DNA of 64,000 nucleotides from Thermoplasmata archaeon (GTDB lineage: Archaea > Thermoplasmatota > E2 > JACPAO01 > JAHFTW01). Every line of letters begins with the position of its first letter. Within the stretch, counting starts at the first letter, position 1. Positions 17,413 through 27,643 of the stretch are shown here, one piece after another. The notes under the pieces were generated by a model. That model saw only the letters and a list, made by a program, of their open reading frames with translations. It did no database searches and had not been told where the DNA came from. The position numbers and the translations under genes are program-made. The stretch spans positions 64,001 to 128,000 of the forward strand of contig JAXDQS010000003.1 of assembly GCA_034667725.1 (NCBI GenBank), read 5' to 3'.

Positions 17413-19062
17413 ATGGCCCTGGCCGAGGTCGCGGACGCCGTCGCCGCCGCGATGCGCGCGGGCCGGGTCGGCGACAAGGCGCAGCTGCACACGGCCAAGC
17501 GGGACGCCGCGGCCGCGCGCGGCATGGCCGCCCCCAGCGACGCCGACCTCGCGCCGCTCCTGCCCGCCGACCTGCGCGACTCGTTCGCCGCCATCCTCCG
17601 GACCAAGCCGTCCCGCAGTGCCTCGGGGGTCGCCGTCGTCGCCGTCATGTCGAGTCCCGCCGCCTGCCCGCACGGCAAGTGCACCTTCTGCCCCGGCGGC
17701 CCCGACGTCGACGCGCCCCAGAGCTACACCGGCTTCGAACCCTCCACGATGCGGGCCAAGCAGTTCGGCTACGACGCCTACTGCATCGTGCGCGGCCGCC
17801 TCGCCCAGCTCGCGCGCAACGGCCACGCCATCGACAAGGTCGAGGTCGTCGTGCAGGGCGGCACCTTCCCGGCCCGCGACCCGGCCTACCAGGACTGGTT
17901 CGTGGCCGGCATCTTCGCGGGCCTCAACGATGGTCCCGGCGACGGCGCCTGGGACACCGAGGCGGCGTGGCAGGCGTTGGGCGAGGCCGAGCGTTCGGCC
18001 CGGCTGCTCGCGCTCCAGCAGGCCAACGAGACCGCGACTTGCCGCTGCGTGGCGCTTGCCATCGAGACCAAGCCCGACTGGTGCCTGCAGCCGCACGTCG
18101 ACGGGATGCTGCGCCTGGGCGCCACCCGCATCGAGGTCGGGCTGGAGTCGCTCGACGACGAGGTACTGCGGCTGACGCACCGCGGGCACACGCTGGCGGA
18201 GTCGGCGCAAGCCTTGCAGGTCGCGCGCGACGCCGGCTTCAAAGTGTGCGCGCACATCATGCCGGGGCTGCCGCGGCCGCCGGTTGACGGCAAGCTCGAC
18301 CCGGACCCCGAATCCGACCTGCGCGAGTTCGCCACCCTCTGGACCGACCCTCGCTGGCGCCCGGACATGCTGAAAATCTACCCGACGCTGGTCGTGATGG
18401 AGGGCGAGACCACCCTCAAGCGGCAATGGCAGCGCGGTGAGTTCACGCCCTACGACACCGCCGCCGCCACCCGCGTCGTCGCCGCGATGAAGCCCCTCGT
18501 GCCCGAGTATTGCCGCATCCAGCGCATCGACCGCGACATCCCCACCACCCACGTCGAGGCCGGCGTCCTGAACTCCAACCTCCGCCAACTGGCGCAGCAG
18601 GCCATGGCCGCCGACGGCAAGGCGTGCCGCTGCATCCGCTGCCGCGAGGTGCGCGACCAAGCCCCCGCCGGCGAGCCGGTGTTGCGCCGCCTCGACTACG
18701 CAGCCTCCGGCGGCAGCGAGGTGTTCCTCTCGTTCGAGACCGACGACCGCGTCGCCGGCTTCCTGCGGCTCCGGCGGGTCGGGCCGGACGCGCACCGCCC
18801 TGAAGCCCAGGCGGCGGGCGGCTGCGCCTTCGTGCGCGAGGTCAAGGTCTACGGCACCGCGACCCGCATCGGCGACGACCCCGAGCTTGGCGCCTGGCAG
18901 CACCGGGGCCTGGGCGCGCGGCTGATGGCGGAGGCCGAGCGCATCGCGTTCACGGAGTGGGGCGTGCGCCGCCTGCTGGTGATCGCGGGCTGGGGCGTCA
19001 AGCCCTACTACCGCAGGCAAGGCTACTCGGACTGTGGGCCCTACCTGGCCAAGGATGGGTAG
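17413..19062 (+). CDS. elp3: tRNA uridine(34) acetyltransferase Elp3 (radical SAM + KAT)
   Basis: RSASGVAVVAVM, CPHGKCTFCPGG, PQSYTG.EP, ETKPD, KIYPT, CRCIRCRE and QHRGLG. Confidence 0.95.
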   Translation: MALAEVADAVAAAMRAGRVGDKAQLHTAKRDAAAARGMAAPSDADLAPLLPADLRDSFAAILRTKPSRSASGVAVVAVMSSPAACPHGKCTFCPGGPDVDAPQSYTGFEPSTMRAKQFGYDAYCIVRGRLAQLARNGHAIDKVEVVVQGGTFPARDPAYQDWFVAGIFAGLNDGPGDGAWDTEAAWQALGEAERSARLLALQQANETATCRCVALAIETKPDWCLQPHVDGMLRLGATRIEVGLESLDDEVLRLTHRGHTLAESAQALQVARDAGFKVCAHIMPGLPRPPVDGKLDPDPESDLREFATLWTDPRWRPDMLKIYPTLVVMEGETTLKRQWQRGEFTPYDTAAATRVVAAMKPLVPEYCRIQRIDRDIPTTHVEAGVLNSNLRQLAQQAMAADGKACRCIRCREVRDQAPAGEPVLRRLDYAASGGSEVFLSFETDDRVAGFLRLRRVGPDAHRPEAQAAGGCAFVREVKVYGTATRIGDDPELGAWQHRGLGARLMAEAERIAFTEWGVRRLLVIAGWGVKPYYRRQGYSDCGPYLAKDG

Positions 19063-19097
19063 CGAACGCCTCAAATCCCCCCGCGCATCGAAACCCC

Positions 19098-19532
19098 GTG
19101 GCCGACTGCCTCTTCTGCCGCATCGCGGCGGGCACCATCCCGAGCGCCGAGCTGTGGCAGGACGACCGCGTGTTCGCGTTCCTGGACATCCGGCCGCTGC
19201 GCCCCGGCCACGCCCTGCTGGTCCCCAAGCGGCACGCCGCCAAGCTGGAGGACGCAGCCCCTGAGGACGCCGCCGCCCTCATGGCCGCCGCCCGCCGGCT
19301 CGCGCCGGTGCTGTGCAGGCTGACGGGCGCCCCCGACTCGACCTTGGCGATCAACAACGGCCCCGCCGCCGGCCAGGAGGTCCAGCACCTCCACCTCCAC
19401 TTGGTCCCCCGCGGCCCCGGCGACGGCGCCGGCCCCGTCCACGCCGCCTTCCCCGGCCCGATGGCGATCCCCTCGGAGCAACTGCATGACCTGGCCGTCC
19501 GCGTCCAGGCCGCCCTGGGCCGAGGCGCCTGA
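19098..19532 (+). CDS. HIT family hydrolase
   Basis: DCLFC, GHALLVPKRH, AGQEVQHLHLHLVPR. Confidence 0.92.
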   Translation: MADCLFCRIAAGTIPSAELWQDDRVFAFLDIRPLRPGHALLVPKRHAAKLEDAAPEDAAALMAAARRLAPVLCRLTGAPDSTLAINNGPAAGQEVQHLHLHLVPRGPGDGAGPVHAAFPGPMAIPSEQLHDLAVRVQAALGRGA

Positions 19533-19933
19533 TGCCCGCCTACAGCGTCGCCATCGAGGTGCGCTTCAACGACATCGACGGCATGGGCCACGTCAACAAC
19601 GCGCTCTACCTCACCTACCTGGAGCACTGCCGGATGCGGTTCTTCACTGAGGTCGCCGGCAGCACCTCCGAGCGCGACTTCCCGTTCATCCTCGCCCACG
19701 CCGCCCTCGACTACAAGGCGCCGATGAAGATCAACGCCAAGCCCGTCATCAAGATGTGGACCAGCCGCATCGGCGGCAAGTCGTGGGACTTCGACTACGA
19801 GATCAAGGACGCCAAGAGCGCCGTGCTGTACGCCACCGGCAAGACCGTCCAGGTCGCCTACGACTACCAACTGGAGAAGTCGGACCAGCTGGAAGGCAGG
19901 CTGCTGGAACTGGTCAAGGGCCTGAAGCCGTGA
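19532..19933 (+). CDS. Acyl-CoA thioesterase (hotdog, 4HBT/YbgC family)
   Basis: RFNDIDGMGHVNNALYLTYLE. Confidence 0.9.
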   Translation: MPAYSVAIEVRFNDIDGMGHVNNALYLTYLEHCRMRFFTEVAGSTSERDFPFILAHAALDYKAPMKINAKPVIKMWTSRIGGKSWDFDYEIKDAKSAVLYATGKTVQVAYDYQLEKSDQLEGRLLELVKGLKP

Positions 19934-19987
19934 GTCCCCGGGGCCGGGCTCGCCAAGCCTCATCAACCCGCCCCGGCATCGAAGGGC

Positions 19988-20455
19988 ATGCAAGCCCCCT
20001 CCCCAGTGCAGAGCCGCCTCGCCGCGCTGCTGGCCGGCCTTGTCGGCCTCGGCGTCGCCGTGGTGGCCGCCGCATCCTGGCTGTCCTACTTGTCGGACTA
20101 CCCTAGCGAGGACGTCGTCGGCCTCGCCCTGGTCTTTGCCGTCCCCACCGCCCTGCTGCTGTTCCTGTCCACGGCGGTCCTTGCCCTGGCCCTCTTTTCG
20201 CAGCGCCAGCCTTGGGCCTGGAGCGACGCCATGCTGCTGCGCCAGTCCGGCGTCCCCGCGCTCTTGGGCAGCAGCGCCGTGACCGTGCTTGCCGGCCTGA
20301 GCGGCCTTGCCCTGCAGCAGCCGGAGAAGAACTGGCCCATGGTCGCTGCCATGGGCGTCCTCGCCATCGTCGCCTGGGGCGTCAGCGTGCTGCACTGGGG
20401 CCGGTTCCGCGGCGCCAAGGTGCCGGCGGCGGGCACGACGGGGACCGAAACCTGA
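19988..20455 (+). CDS. Hypothetical 4-TM membrane protein
   Basis: Four hydrophobic segments; fills the gap between genes. Confidence 0.6.
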   Translation: MQAPSPVQSRLAALLAGLVGLGVAVVAAASWLSYLSDYPSEDVVGLALVFAVPTALLLFLSTAVLALALFSQRQPWAWSDAMLLRQSGVPALLGSSAVTVLAGLSGLALQQPEKNWPMVAAMGVLAIVAWGVSVLHWGRFRGAKVPAAGTTGTET

Positions 20456-20499
20456 GCCTCCCGCGCCCAGCCTTTAAGCCGCCCTCCGTTGGGCGCCCC

Positions 20500-21786
20500 G
20501 TGGCCGAGGCCCAACCCGGGGACCGCATCCGCCTGACCGCCGCCGACGGCACTTCGTTCGAGGGCGTGCTGGTGCCGCGGCACAGCTTCAGCGGCCCGGA
20601 CATCGTGACCGTCAAGCTCGGCAACGGCTACAACGTCGGCATCCTCGCGACCGGGGCCAAGGTCGAGGTGCTGGAGAAGGCCAAGCCGGCGGCGCGCCAG
20701 GCGGTCCAGGTCGCGGAGGACCCGCGCAAGCCGACCATCGCGGTGCTGGGCACCGGCGGCACCATCGCGTCGTTCGTGGACTACCGCACCGGCGGCGTCA
20801 CCCCCGCGACCCGTCCGGAGGAGCTTGCCGCCGCCGTGCCGGAGCTGTTCGGGTTCTGCAACATGCGCGCCGAGGTGCTGTTCAACATGTTCTCGGAGGA
20901 CATGCAGCCCGAGCATTGGACCAAGATCGCGGAGCGCGCGGCGTGGCACCTCAACCACGGCGCCCGCGGTGTTGTCATCCCGCACGGCACCGACACCTTG
21001 AGCTACACCGCGACGGCGCTGGCGTTCGCCCTCAAGGACCTCCCCGGCCCCGTCGTCCTCGTGGGCTCCCAGCGCAGCAGCGACCGGCCGTCGTCGGACG
21101 CCGCCATGAACCTCTTGGCCGCCGCTCGGGTCGCCGCCCTCTCCGACGTGGGCGAAGTGGTCGCCGTGCTGCACGCCACCTCCAGCGACGACGCCTGCGC
21201 CATCCACCGCGGCAGCCGTGTGCGCAAGATGCACACCAGCCGGCGCGACGCGTTCCAGAGCATCAACGTCCCGCCGCTCGGCCACGTCGTCGGCGACCGC
21301 ATCGAGCTGCGCGCGCCCTACCGCAAGGCGACCCCCGGCCAGGCCCGCTGCGACGCCGTCTGGGACGAGGAGGTCAGCATGATCCTCTCCTACCCCGGCC
21401 TCTGGCCCAAGCACGTCGAGGACGTCGTGCTGAAGGCCACCGTGCTGGTCGGCACCGGCCTCGGCCACGTCGCGCAACGGGTCTTGCCCGGCATCAAGAC
21501 GGTGATCGAGCGCGGCGCCCACGTCGTAATGGCCAGCCAGTGCATCCACGGCGCCGTCAACATGAACGTCTACTCCACCGGCCGCGACCTGCTCCAGATG
21601 GGGGTGCTGCCGGCCGGCGACATGACGCCCGAGGCGGCCTACATCAAGATGATGTGGATCCTGGGCCACACCTCCGACCCCGCCGAGGTGCGGCGGCTGT
21701 TCCAGGCCGACCTGGCCGGCGAGATGGGCGAGCCGGTCGCCCCCAACGCCTTCTGCTCGGCCTGCGCGCCGGAGGCCGCCCCATGA
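20500..21786 (+). CDS. gatD: Glutamyl-tRNA(Gln) amidotransferase subunit D
   Basis: KLGNGYNVG, TGGTIAS, HGTDT, GSQRSSDRPSSD and KMHTSRRDAF. TTTAAG box about 25 nt upstream of the GTG. Confidence 0.96.
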   Translation: MAEAQPGDRIRLTAADGTSFEGVLVPRHSFSGPDIVTVKLGNGYNVGILATGAKVEVLEKAKPAARQAVQVAEDPRKPTIAVLGTGGTIASFVDYRTGGVTPATRPEELAAAVPELFGFCNMRAEVLFNMFSEDMQPEHWTKIAERAAWHLNHGARGVVIPHGTDTLSYTATALAFALKDLPGPVVLVGSQRSSDRPSSDAAMNLLAAARVAALSDVGEVVAVLHATSSDDACAIHRGSRVRKMHTSRRDAFQSINVPPLGHVVGDRIELRAPYRKATPGQARCDAVWDEEVSMILSYPGLWPKHVEDVVLKATVLVGTGLGHVAQRVLPGIKTVIERGAHVVMASQCIHGAVNMNVYSTGRDLLQMGVLPAGDMTPEAAYIKMMWILGHTSDPAEVRRLFQADLAGEMGEPVAPNAFCSACAPEAAP

Positions 21787-23714
21787 CGATGACCGGCGCC
21801 GACGCCCGCCGCTGGGCCGACGCCAAGCAGCTCGACTACGGGGCCATCGGGTTCCGCTGCGGCCTGGAAATCCACCAGCAGCTCGACACGGGCAAGCTGT
21901 TCAGCCGCGTCCCGAGCGCCGTGCTGGAGCCGGAGGAGATCGCGCGCCGCACCGTCGGCGAGGTCACGCGCACCCTGCGCGCCACCGGCTCCGAGTCGGG
22001 CGCCGTCGACGCCGCCGCCGCGGCCGAGTCCCGCCGCGGCCGCCGCTTCCGCTACCTCGCCATCGAGGGGCTCACGAGCCTGGTGGAGCTGGACGAGGAG
22101 CCGCCGCGCCCGCTCGACGGCGACGCGCTCGACGTCGGACTCACGTTCGCGGGCCTCTTGGGCGCCCGCCCGGTCGACGAGGTCCACGTCATGCGCAAGA
22201 CCGTCATCGACGGCAGCAACACCAGCGGCTTCCAGCGCACTGCCTTGATCGCGACCGGCGGCCGTTTCCCCGTCGAGGGCGGCGACGTCGGCGTCTGGAC
22301 CATCGCGCTGGAGGAGGACTCGGCGCGGCCGCTGGAGGAGAAGGACGGGGTCGCGACCTACACCCTCGACCGCCTCGGCATCCCGCTCTTGGAGGTCGCC
22401 ACCGCGCCCGACGTCCGCGACCCGGCGCACGCCCAACGCACGGCCGCCCGCCTCGGCGCCCTGCTGCGCGCCACCGGCCGGGTCAAGCGCGGCCTCGGCA
22501 CCATCCGCCAGGACCTCAACGTCAGCGTGGGCGTCGGCGCCCGCGTCGAGATCAAGGGCTGCCAGGACCTGCGCGCCGTGCCCCGCGTCATCGAGGCCGA
22601 ATGCCGCCGCCAACTGTGGATGCACCACGTCGCCGGCGAGCTGGCCGCGCGTGGCTTCGACCCGGAGCAGGTCCCGCCCGCCGTCCACGTCGGCGCCGCG
22701 TTCGCCAACACCCAGGCCAAGGCGGTCGCGGACGGCGCCAAGAAGGGCCACGCCGTGCTCGCCCAGCGGCTGCCCAAGATGGCCGGCCTGCTGCGCGGCG
22801 CCAGCAAGGACGGCCCCCGCCTCGGCCGCGAGCTTGCCGACCATGCCCGCGTCGCCGCCGGCGTCAAGGGCATCTTCCACTCCGACGAGCTGCCCGGCTA
22901 CGGCATCACCCCCGACGAGGTGCAGGCCGTCCGCGTGGCGCTCGGCTGCGGCCCCGACGACGCGTTCGCCATCTGCGTCGAGCGCGACCTCGTGGCCCGC
23001 CGCGCGCTGGACGCCGTCGCCGACCGCGCCCGCCTCGCCGTGGGTGCGGCTCGCAGCGAGGTGCGCGGCGCCCAGCCGGACGACTCGACGCGCTACATGC
23101 GCCCGATGCCCGGCGCCGCCCGGATGTACCCCGAGACCGACGTGCCGCCCATCCGGGTGCGGCCCGAGGCGTGGCGTGCCGTCTTGGGGCGCCTGCCGCC
23201 GCTGCCCGAGCAACGGGTCGAGGCGCTCGCCAAGGCCGGCCTCAGCGTGGACTTGGCCCAGCAGCTCGTCGCCGACGACCTGGAGCCCGCGTTCGCCCGG
23301 CTGCGCGCCGCCGGCGCCGAGCCCGCCGTCGCCGCCCGCACGCTGCTGCAAGACCTCGCCGCCCTGGAGCACGCCGACGCCGTGCGCCCCCGCCTCGACG
23401 AGGTGTTCGCGGCGCTGGCCGCCGGCCGGTTCGCCAAGGAGGCCGTGCCCGCCATCCTCAAGGTCCTCGACGCCGAGCCCCGGCTGCCCATCGCCGACGC
23501 CATCGCGAAGGCCGGGGTCGCCGCCGCCGACACCGCCACCGTGGACGCAGTGATCGCCCGCGTGCTCGCGGAGCGCGCCGACTTCGTCAAGGCCCGCGGC
23601 ATGGCGGCCCTCGGCCCGCTCATGGGCCCCGTCATGGCGGAGCTCCGGGGCAAGGCGGACGGCCAAGTCATCTCGGCGCGCCTGAAGGACCTGCTTGCGA
23701 AGGCCGCGCAATGA
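21783..23714 (+). CDS. gatE: Glutamyl-tRNA(Gln) amidotransferase subunit E
   Basis: GLEIHQQL, DEEPP, MRKTVIDGSNTSGFQRT, GLGTIRQD and PGAARMYPETD. Confidence 0.96.
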   Translation: MTMTGADARRWADAKQLDYGAIGFRCGLEIHQQLDTGKLFSRVPSAVLEPEEIARRTVGEVTRTLRATGSESGAVDAAAAAESRRGRRFRYLAIEGLTSLVELDEEPPRPLDGDALDVGLTFAGLLGARPVDEVHVMRKTVIDGSNTSGFQRTALIATGGRFPVEGGDVGVWTIALEEDSARPLEEKDGVATYTLDRLGIPLLEVATAPDVRDPAHAQRTAARLGALLRATGRVKRGLGTIRQDLNVSVGVGARVEIKGCQDLRAVPRVIEAECRRQLWMHHVAGELAARGFDPEQVPPAVHVGAAFANTQAKAVADGAKKGHAVLAQRLPKMAGLLRGASKDGPRLGRELADHARVAAGVKGIFHSDELPGYGITPDEVQAVRVALGCGPDDAFAICVERDLVARRALDAVADRARLAVGAARSEVRGAQPDDSTRYMRPMPGAARMYPETDVPPIRVRPEAWRAVLGRLPPLPEQRVEALAKAGLSVDLAQQLVADDLEPAFARLRAAGAEPAVAARTLLQDLAALEHADAVRPRLDEVFAALAAGRFAKEAVPAILKVLDAEPRLPIADAIAKAGVAAADTATVDAVIARVLAERADFVKARGMAALGPLMGPVMAELRGKADGQVISARLKDLLAKAAQ

Positions 23715-24355
23715 GGCTCGTGCTCGCCTCCCGGTCGCCGCGCCGCTCGGTGCTGCTGCGCCTCCTCGTCCCCGAGTTCACGGTGGACGCCGTGCCCGTC
23801 GAGGAGGTCGCGCCGCGTGGCCTGCCCGTGCCCGAGGCATTGCAGGTCATCGCCCGCAAGAAGGCGCTGGCCGCGAGCGCCAACCACCCGGACGCATGGG
23901 TGCTGGCCGCCGACACCGTCGTCGTCTGGCACGACGAATTGGTGGGCAAGGCCCGCGACCCCGGCCAGGAGCGCGAGCGGCTGGCGCTTCTTTCCGGCTC
24001 GACCCACCAGGTGGCCACCGGGCTTGCGCTGGCGTGGGACGGCAGGGCCGTCGACGCCGCGCATGCGGTTTCTGCCGTGCTGATGGAGCGGCTGCCGCGC
24101 GAGGCCGTGGACGCCTACGTCGCCTCCGGCCAATGGGAAGGCAAGGCCGGCGGCTACGGCATCCAGGACGCGCTGCTTGCGCCCTACCTCCGGGTGCAGG
24201 CCGGGCCGTGGAGCAACGTCGTCGGGCTGCCGCTTGCGCTCACGGCGCAACTGCTGCGCCGCAACGGCATCGGCACCCTCGACCCGCCTTCGGAAGCCTG
24301 GCTGCGGGACCACAACCCCTTTCAGGAGCCGGCCGGGTCGCCGCCTCCGGCATGA
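23711..24355 (+). CDS. maf: Maf family nucleoside triphosphate pyrophosphatase
   Basis: LVLASRSPRR, ADTVV, GKAGGYGIQ and NVVGLP. Confidence 0.92.
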   Translation: MRLVLASRSPRRSVLLRLLVPEFTVDAVPVEEVAPRGLPVPEALQVIARKKALAASANHPDAWVLAADTVVVWHDELVGKARDPGQERERLALLSGSTHQVATGLALAWDGRAVDAAHAVSAVLMERLPREAVDAYVASGQWEGKAGGYGIQDALLAPYLRVQAGPWSNVVGLPLALTAQLLRRNGIGTLDPPSEAWLRDHNPFQEPAGSPPPA

Positions 24356-25839
24356 AGGTTCTCGTCGCGGCGGCCATCGTCTTGGCAACACTCGCCGGCT
24401 GCCTGCAGGACGGGCCGGCCGGCCCGGACCTCGGCGCCGTCCGGAGCCAGGTCGAGGCCGCGGCCGAGGCCGTGCTGACCCTCGACCACCCGGACGAGGC
24501 GCGCGGCCACTTCGACGCCGCCGCGCACGCCGGCAGCGCCAACATGCGCCTGGTGGGCTACGCCAACGGCGTCGACGACTCCGGCGACCCTGCCCGCATC
24601 CCGGCCAAGGGCGTCTACAACGAGCTGGCCGTCGCGCCTGAGCACGCCTACTTGTCCGCCGTGTCCGCGGACGGCAGCTTCGGCGGCTTCTCGATCCTGG
24701 ACATCCGCTCCCCGAGCCCGACGTTCGTGGCGCGCTGGCAGGGCCCGCCCGGCTTCGACCTCGAGGTCGACCCCGAGGAGCATTTCGTGTACTTCGCGAC
24801 CCAGCGCAACAGCGTCGAGCAACTGGCCGGCGGCGCCCAGGCCAACCCCGAGCCGCCCGCGACCCTGCCCCGCGGCATCCACGTCGTCGACGTCTCGGAC
24901 AAGCGCGCGCCCCGCCTCGATTCGTTCGTGCCGATGCCCGCCAACGGCCCGCACACGCTCACCTACGTCCGCCACGAGAACGGCCTGGACTACCTCATCG
25001 CGTGCACCTACGACCTGTTGACCGAGCCCGGCACCGGCGCCATCGTCGCCACCGTCCCCGTCACCCAGCGCGTCGTCGTGTTCCTTGTTCAAGAGCGTCC
25101 TGAGGCCCCTGCCGGCGTCCCCGGCGTCAACGTGCCGAAGGTCGGCCTCGTGCCGGTCGCGCAGATCCAAGTGACCGAGCAGGCGGCCCCCGGCGGCCTG
25201 GTGTTCCCGCACGACACCCGCGTCCAGGTCCACCCCGTCGACGGCCGCACGCTGCTCTACGTCGCCTACTGGGACAAGGGCACGCGCATCTACGACTTCA
25301 CCAACCCGCCCAGCCCGGCGGCAGACCCCGCCAACCCGCCCAGCCTCCCGCTCGTGTCCAGCTTCACCGACTTCAGCCCGAGCCGCTACAACAACATCCA
25401 CCTCACGGCGCCCTTCGACACCCTGCTCGACGGCCGGCACGTCACCATCGCGGAGCCCGAGATCATCGACGCCGAGAACGAGACCGGCCAGCTCACCTTC
25501 CTCGACACCACCGACCCGGCCAGCCCCGCCAAGCTCGGCCACTGGAAGCTGCCGGGCGAGCTGGCGGTGCGCGCCCTCGACTTCAGCCCGCACAACTTCG
25601 ACACCTTCGGCACCAAGGTCGCGCTGGCGCACAACCACGCCGGCGTCTGGGTGCTCGACGTCGGCGGCCCCAACGGCCTCGCCGACCCGGCGTCGGTCGG
25701 CTTCTACATGCCCGCCAAGCCGCGCCCCGACTCGCCGGCGATGCAGCCGCGCGTCTGGGGCGTGTTCGAGCAGGGCGGCCTGTTGTACGCGAGCGACGAG
25801 GCCACCGGCCTCTACGTCCTCGAATACACCGGCCCCTGA
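24352..25839 (+). CDS. LVIVD-repeat-like beta-propeller lipoprotein
   Basis: Lipobox LAGC; repeated GIHVVDVSD, GTRIYDFTNP, LTFLDTTDP, GVWVLDV. Confidence 0.8.
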   Translation: MKVLVAAAIVLATLAGCLQDGPAGPDLGAVRSQVEAAAEAVLTLDHPDEARGHFDAAAHAGSANMRLVGYANGVDDSGDPARIPAKGVYNELAVAPEHAYLSAVSADGSFGGFSILDIRSPSPTFVARWQGPPGFDLEVDPEEHFVYFATQRNSVEQLAGGAQANPEPPATLPRGIHVVDVSDKRAPRLDSFVPMPANGPHTLTYVRHENGLDYLIACTYDLLTEPGTGAIVATVPVTQRVVVFLVQERPEAPAGVPGVNVPKVGLVPVAQIQVTEQAAPGGLVFPHDTRVQVHPVDGRTLLYVAYWDKGTRIYDFTNPPSPAADPANPPSLPLVSSFTDFSPSRYNNIHLTAPFDTLLDGRHVTIAEPEIIDAENETGQLTFLDTTDPASPAKLGHWKLPGELAVRALDFSPHNFDTFGTKVALAHNHAGVWVLDVGGPNGLADPASVGFYMPAKPRPDSPAMQPRVWGVFEQGGLLYASDEATGLYVLEYTGP

Positions 25840-25896
25840 CGCCGGTTGCCGCGACCGGCGCGTCGATGCCCGGCCGCGGCCATGGGCGAGGGAGCG

Positions 25897-27642
25897 ATGC
25901 CCAAGCCGACCGCGCGCGCTGCGCTCCTCCTGCTGCTGCTTGCCGCCGCGCACGCGCACGGCCAAGCGGAAGCGCCAGACTCGTTCGCCCTGCTTGCGGT
26001 GCTGGACTCCAACGACCTCGGCGCCTCCATGCCGCTGGAGTCGTTCGACGCCTACGGCGCCACCCTCGCGGACCTCGACGGCGACGGCCGCAACGAGCTT
26101 CTCCTGATGAACGACAACGCCCGCGCCTACGCCATCGACCTGCTGCGCGGCGCCGTGCGCGCCGAGCTTGCGACCCCGCATCCCGGCAACGGCACCGTCT
26201 GGCACGCGCAGACCCGCAACGGCCTCGCCGTCGGCGACCTTGACTCCGACGGCCTGGTGGACCTCGTGGTGCTCAACGCAGGCGGCGTCCTCACCCGCTT
26301 CGAGCGCGAGATGGGACTTGACGACGCCGACACCATCGGGATGCACGCCGAATGGAGCCAGCCCGCCTACGCGCCCGCCCACGACCCCGCGTTCTGGGAC
26401 CACCACCCGTGGCTCGCGCCGACCCCGCCTGAGAACCGCACCCGCCTCGCCCAGGGCCACCCGTTCCTGGCCCGCCCCGACCCCGCCGGCCCGGCATGGG
26501 TCTACGCCCAGGCCGACGACGTGCCCGGCCAGTTCGCGTTCCGCGCCGACGGCAGCCTCGCCTGGATGGAGACCAGCCACGCCGGCCCCGCCGGCCCCTG
26601 GGTCGGCCCATTGCGCGCCGGCGGCCCGCCGGTCGCGGTGTTCGCCACCGGCGACGGCCACGTGGTCGCACGCCAGGCCGCCACCGGCCGCGAGGTGTGG
26701 GCCTACACGGTGCCCGCCAGCGAGGCGCGGCCCGGCGGCTTCGCGGCCGCGCCCGCCGTGGCCGACCTGGACGGCGACGGCGCCGTCGAGCTCCTGGTCG
26801 GCGCCCGCGTCGCGGTCGAGCACGGCAACGGCGACGGCTGGATGCGCGCGTCGCACGCCCGCCTGGTGCAGCTTGGCGCCGACGGCCAGCCGCGCTGGTC
26901 GGTCGCGCACCCGTTCGGCAACCCCATGGTGCAGTCGCGCGCGATTCCTCTCGACGTGAACCAGGACGGCGTGCGCGACTGGGTCGTGCTCGACTGGAAC
27001 ACCGTCGGCGAGCACCCGGGCGACGGCCGCCGCCTCGGGCCCGGCAACCTGTTCGCGCTCGACGGCCGCAACGGCGACCTGCTCTGGACGGCTGCGGTGG
27101 ACGCGCCCCAGACCGGCTTCGACCTTGCGGTGGCCTCGGTCGGCGGCGGCCCGGCCGCGGTCGTCCCGCACGCCCGCGACGGCAACCCCGGCCTGGCTGC
27201 CTTCAACCTCACCGACGGCCGCCTCGCCGCCTGGGCCGCCCTCCCCAACGGCTGGACGCCGACGCGCGGCGCCGTCCTCGACGACGTGGACGGCGACGGC
27301 CTGCTGGAGGCCATCGTGCCCGTCCACCGCGCCGGCGCCGCCTGCACGCCGAAGCCGGAGGTCGCCTGCCGCGCCGGCGCCCTCGCGCTGCTGGCCACCG
27401 GCGCGCCGGCCGCCACCCTGCTGGAGAGCGGCGCCTCGGCGCACGCCGACCGCCCGCTGCCGACGGCCGCGCGCAGCGCGCCGGAGCGGCCGGCGGGCGA
27501 GGCGGCCGAAGGCGCGCCGGCCGTCGCGTTCGGCCCCCAGGTGACCGGCCACGACGACGGCGTCCCCTGGTGGGGCCTCGGCTTCGGCGCCTTGGTGGGG
27601 GTCGCGACCGTGGTCGCGTTCCTGGCCGTGCGGCGGCTGTAG
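25897..27642 (+). CDS. FG-GAP/VCBS-repeat secreted protein with C-terminal TM anchor
   Basis: Signal peptide; five DxDxDG-like loops (DLDGDGRNE, DLDSDGLVD, DLDGDGAVE, DVNQDGVRD, DVDGDGLLE); C-terminal TM plus RR. Confidence 0.82.
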   Translation: MPKPTARAALLLLLLAAAHAHGQAEAPDSFALLAVLDSNDLGASMPLESFDAYGATLADLDGDGRNELLLMNDNARAYAIDLLRGAVRAELATPHPGNGTVWHAQTRNGLAVGDLDSDGLVDLVVLNAGGVLTRFEREMGLDDADTIGMHAEWSQPAYAPAHDPAFWDHHPWLAPTPPENRTRLAQGHPFLARPDPAGPAWVYAQADDVPGQFAFRADGSLAWMETSHAGPAGPWVGPLRAGGPPVAVFATGDGHVVARQAATGREVWAYTVPASEARPGGFAAAPAVADLDGDGAVELLVGARVAVEHGNGDGWMRASHARLVQLGADGQPRWSVAHPFGNPMVQSRAIPLDVNQDGVRDWVVLDWNTVGEHPGDGRRLGPGNLFALDGRNGDLLWTAAVDAPQTGFDLAVASVGGGPAAVVPHARDGNPGLAAFNLTDGRLAAWAALPNGWTPTRGAVLDDVDGDGLLEAIVPVHRAGAACTPKPEVACRAGALALLATGAPAATLLESGASAHADRPLPTAARSAPERPAGEAAEGAPAVAFGPQVTGHDDGVPWWGLGFGALVGVATVVAFLAVRRL

Positions 27643-27643
27643 C

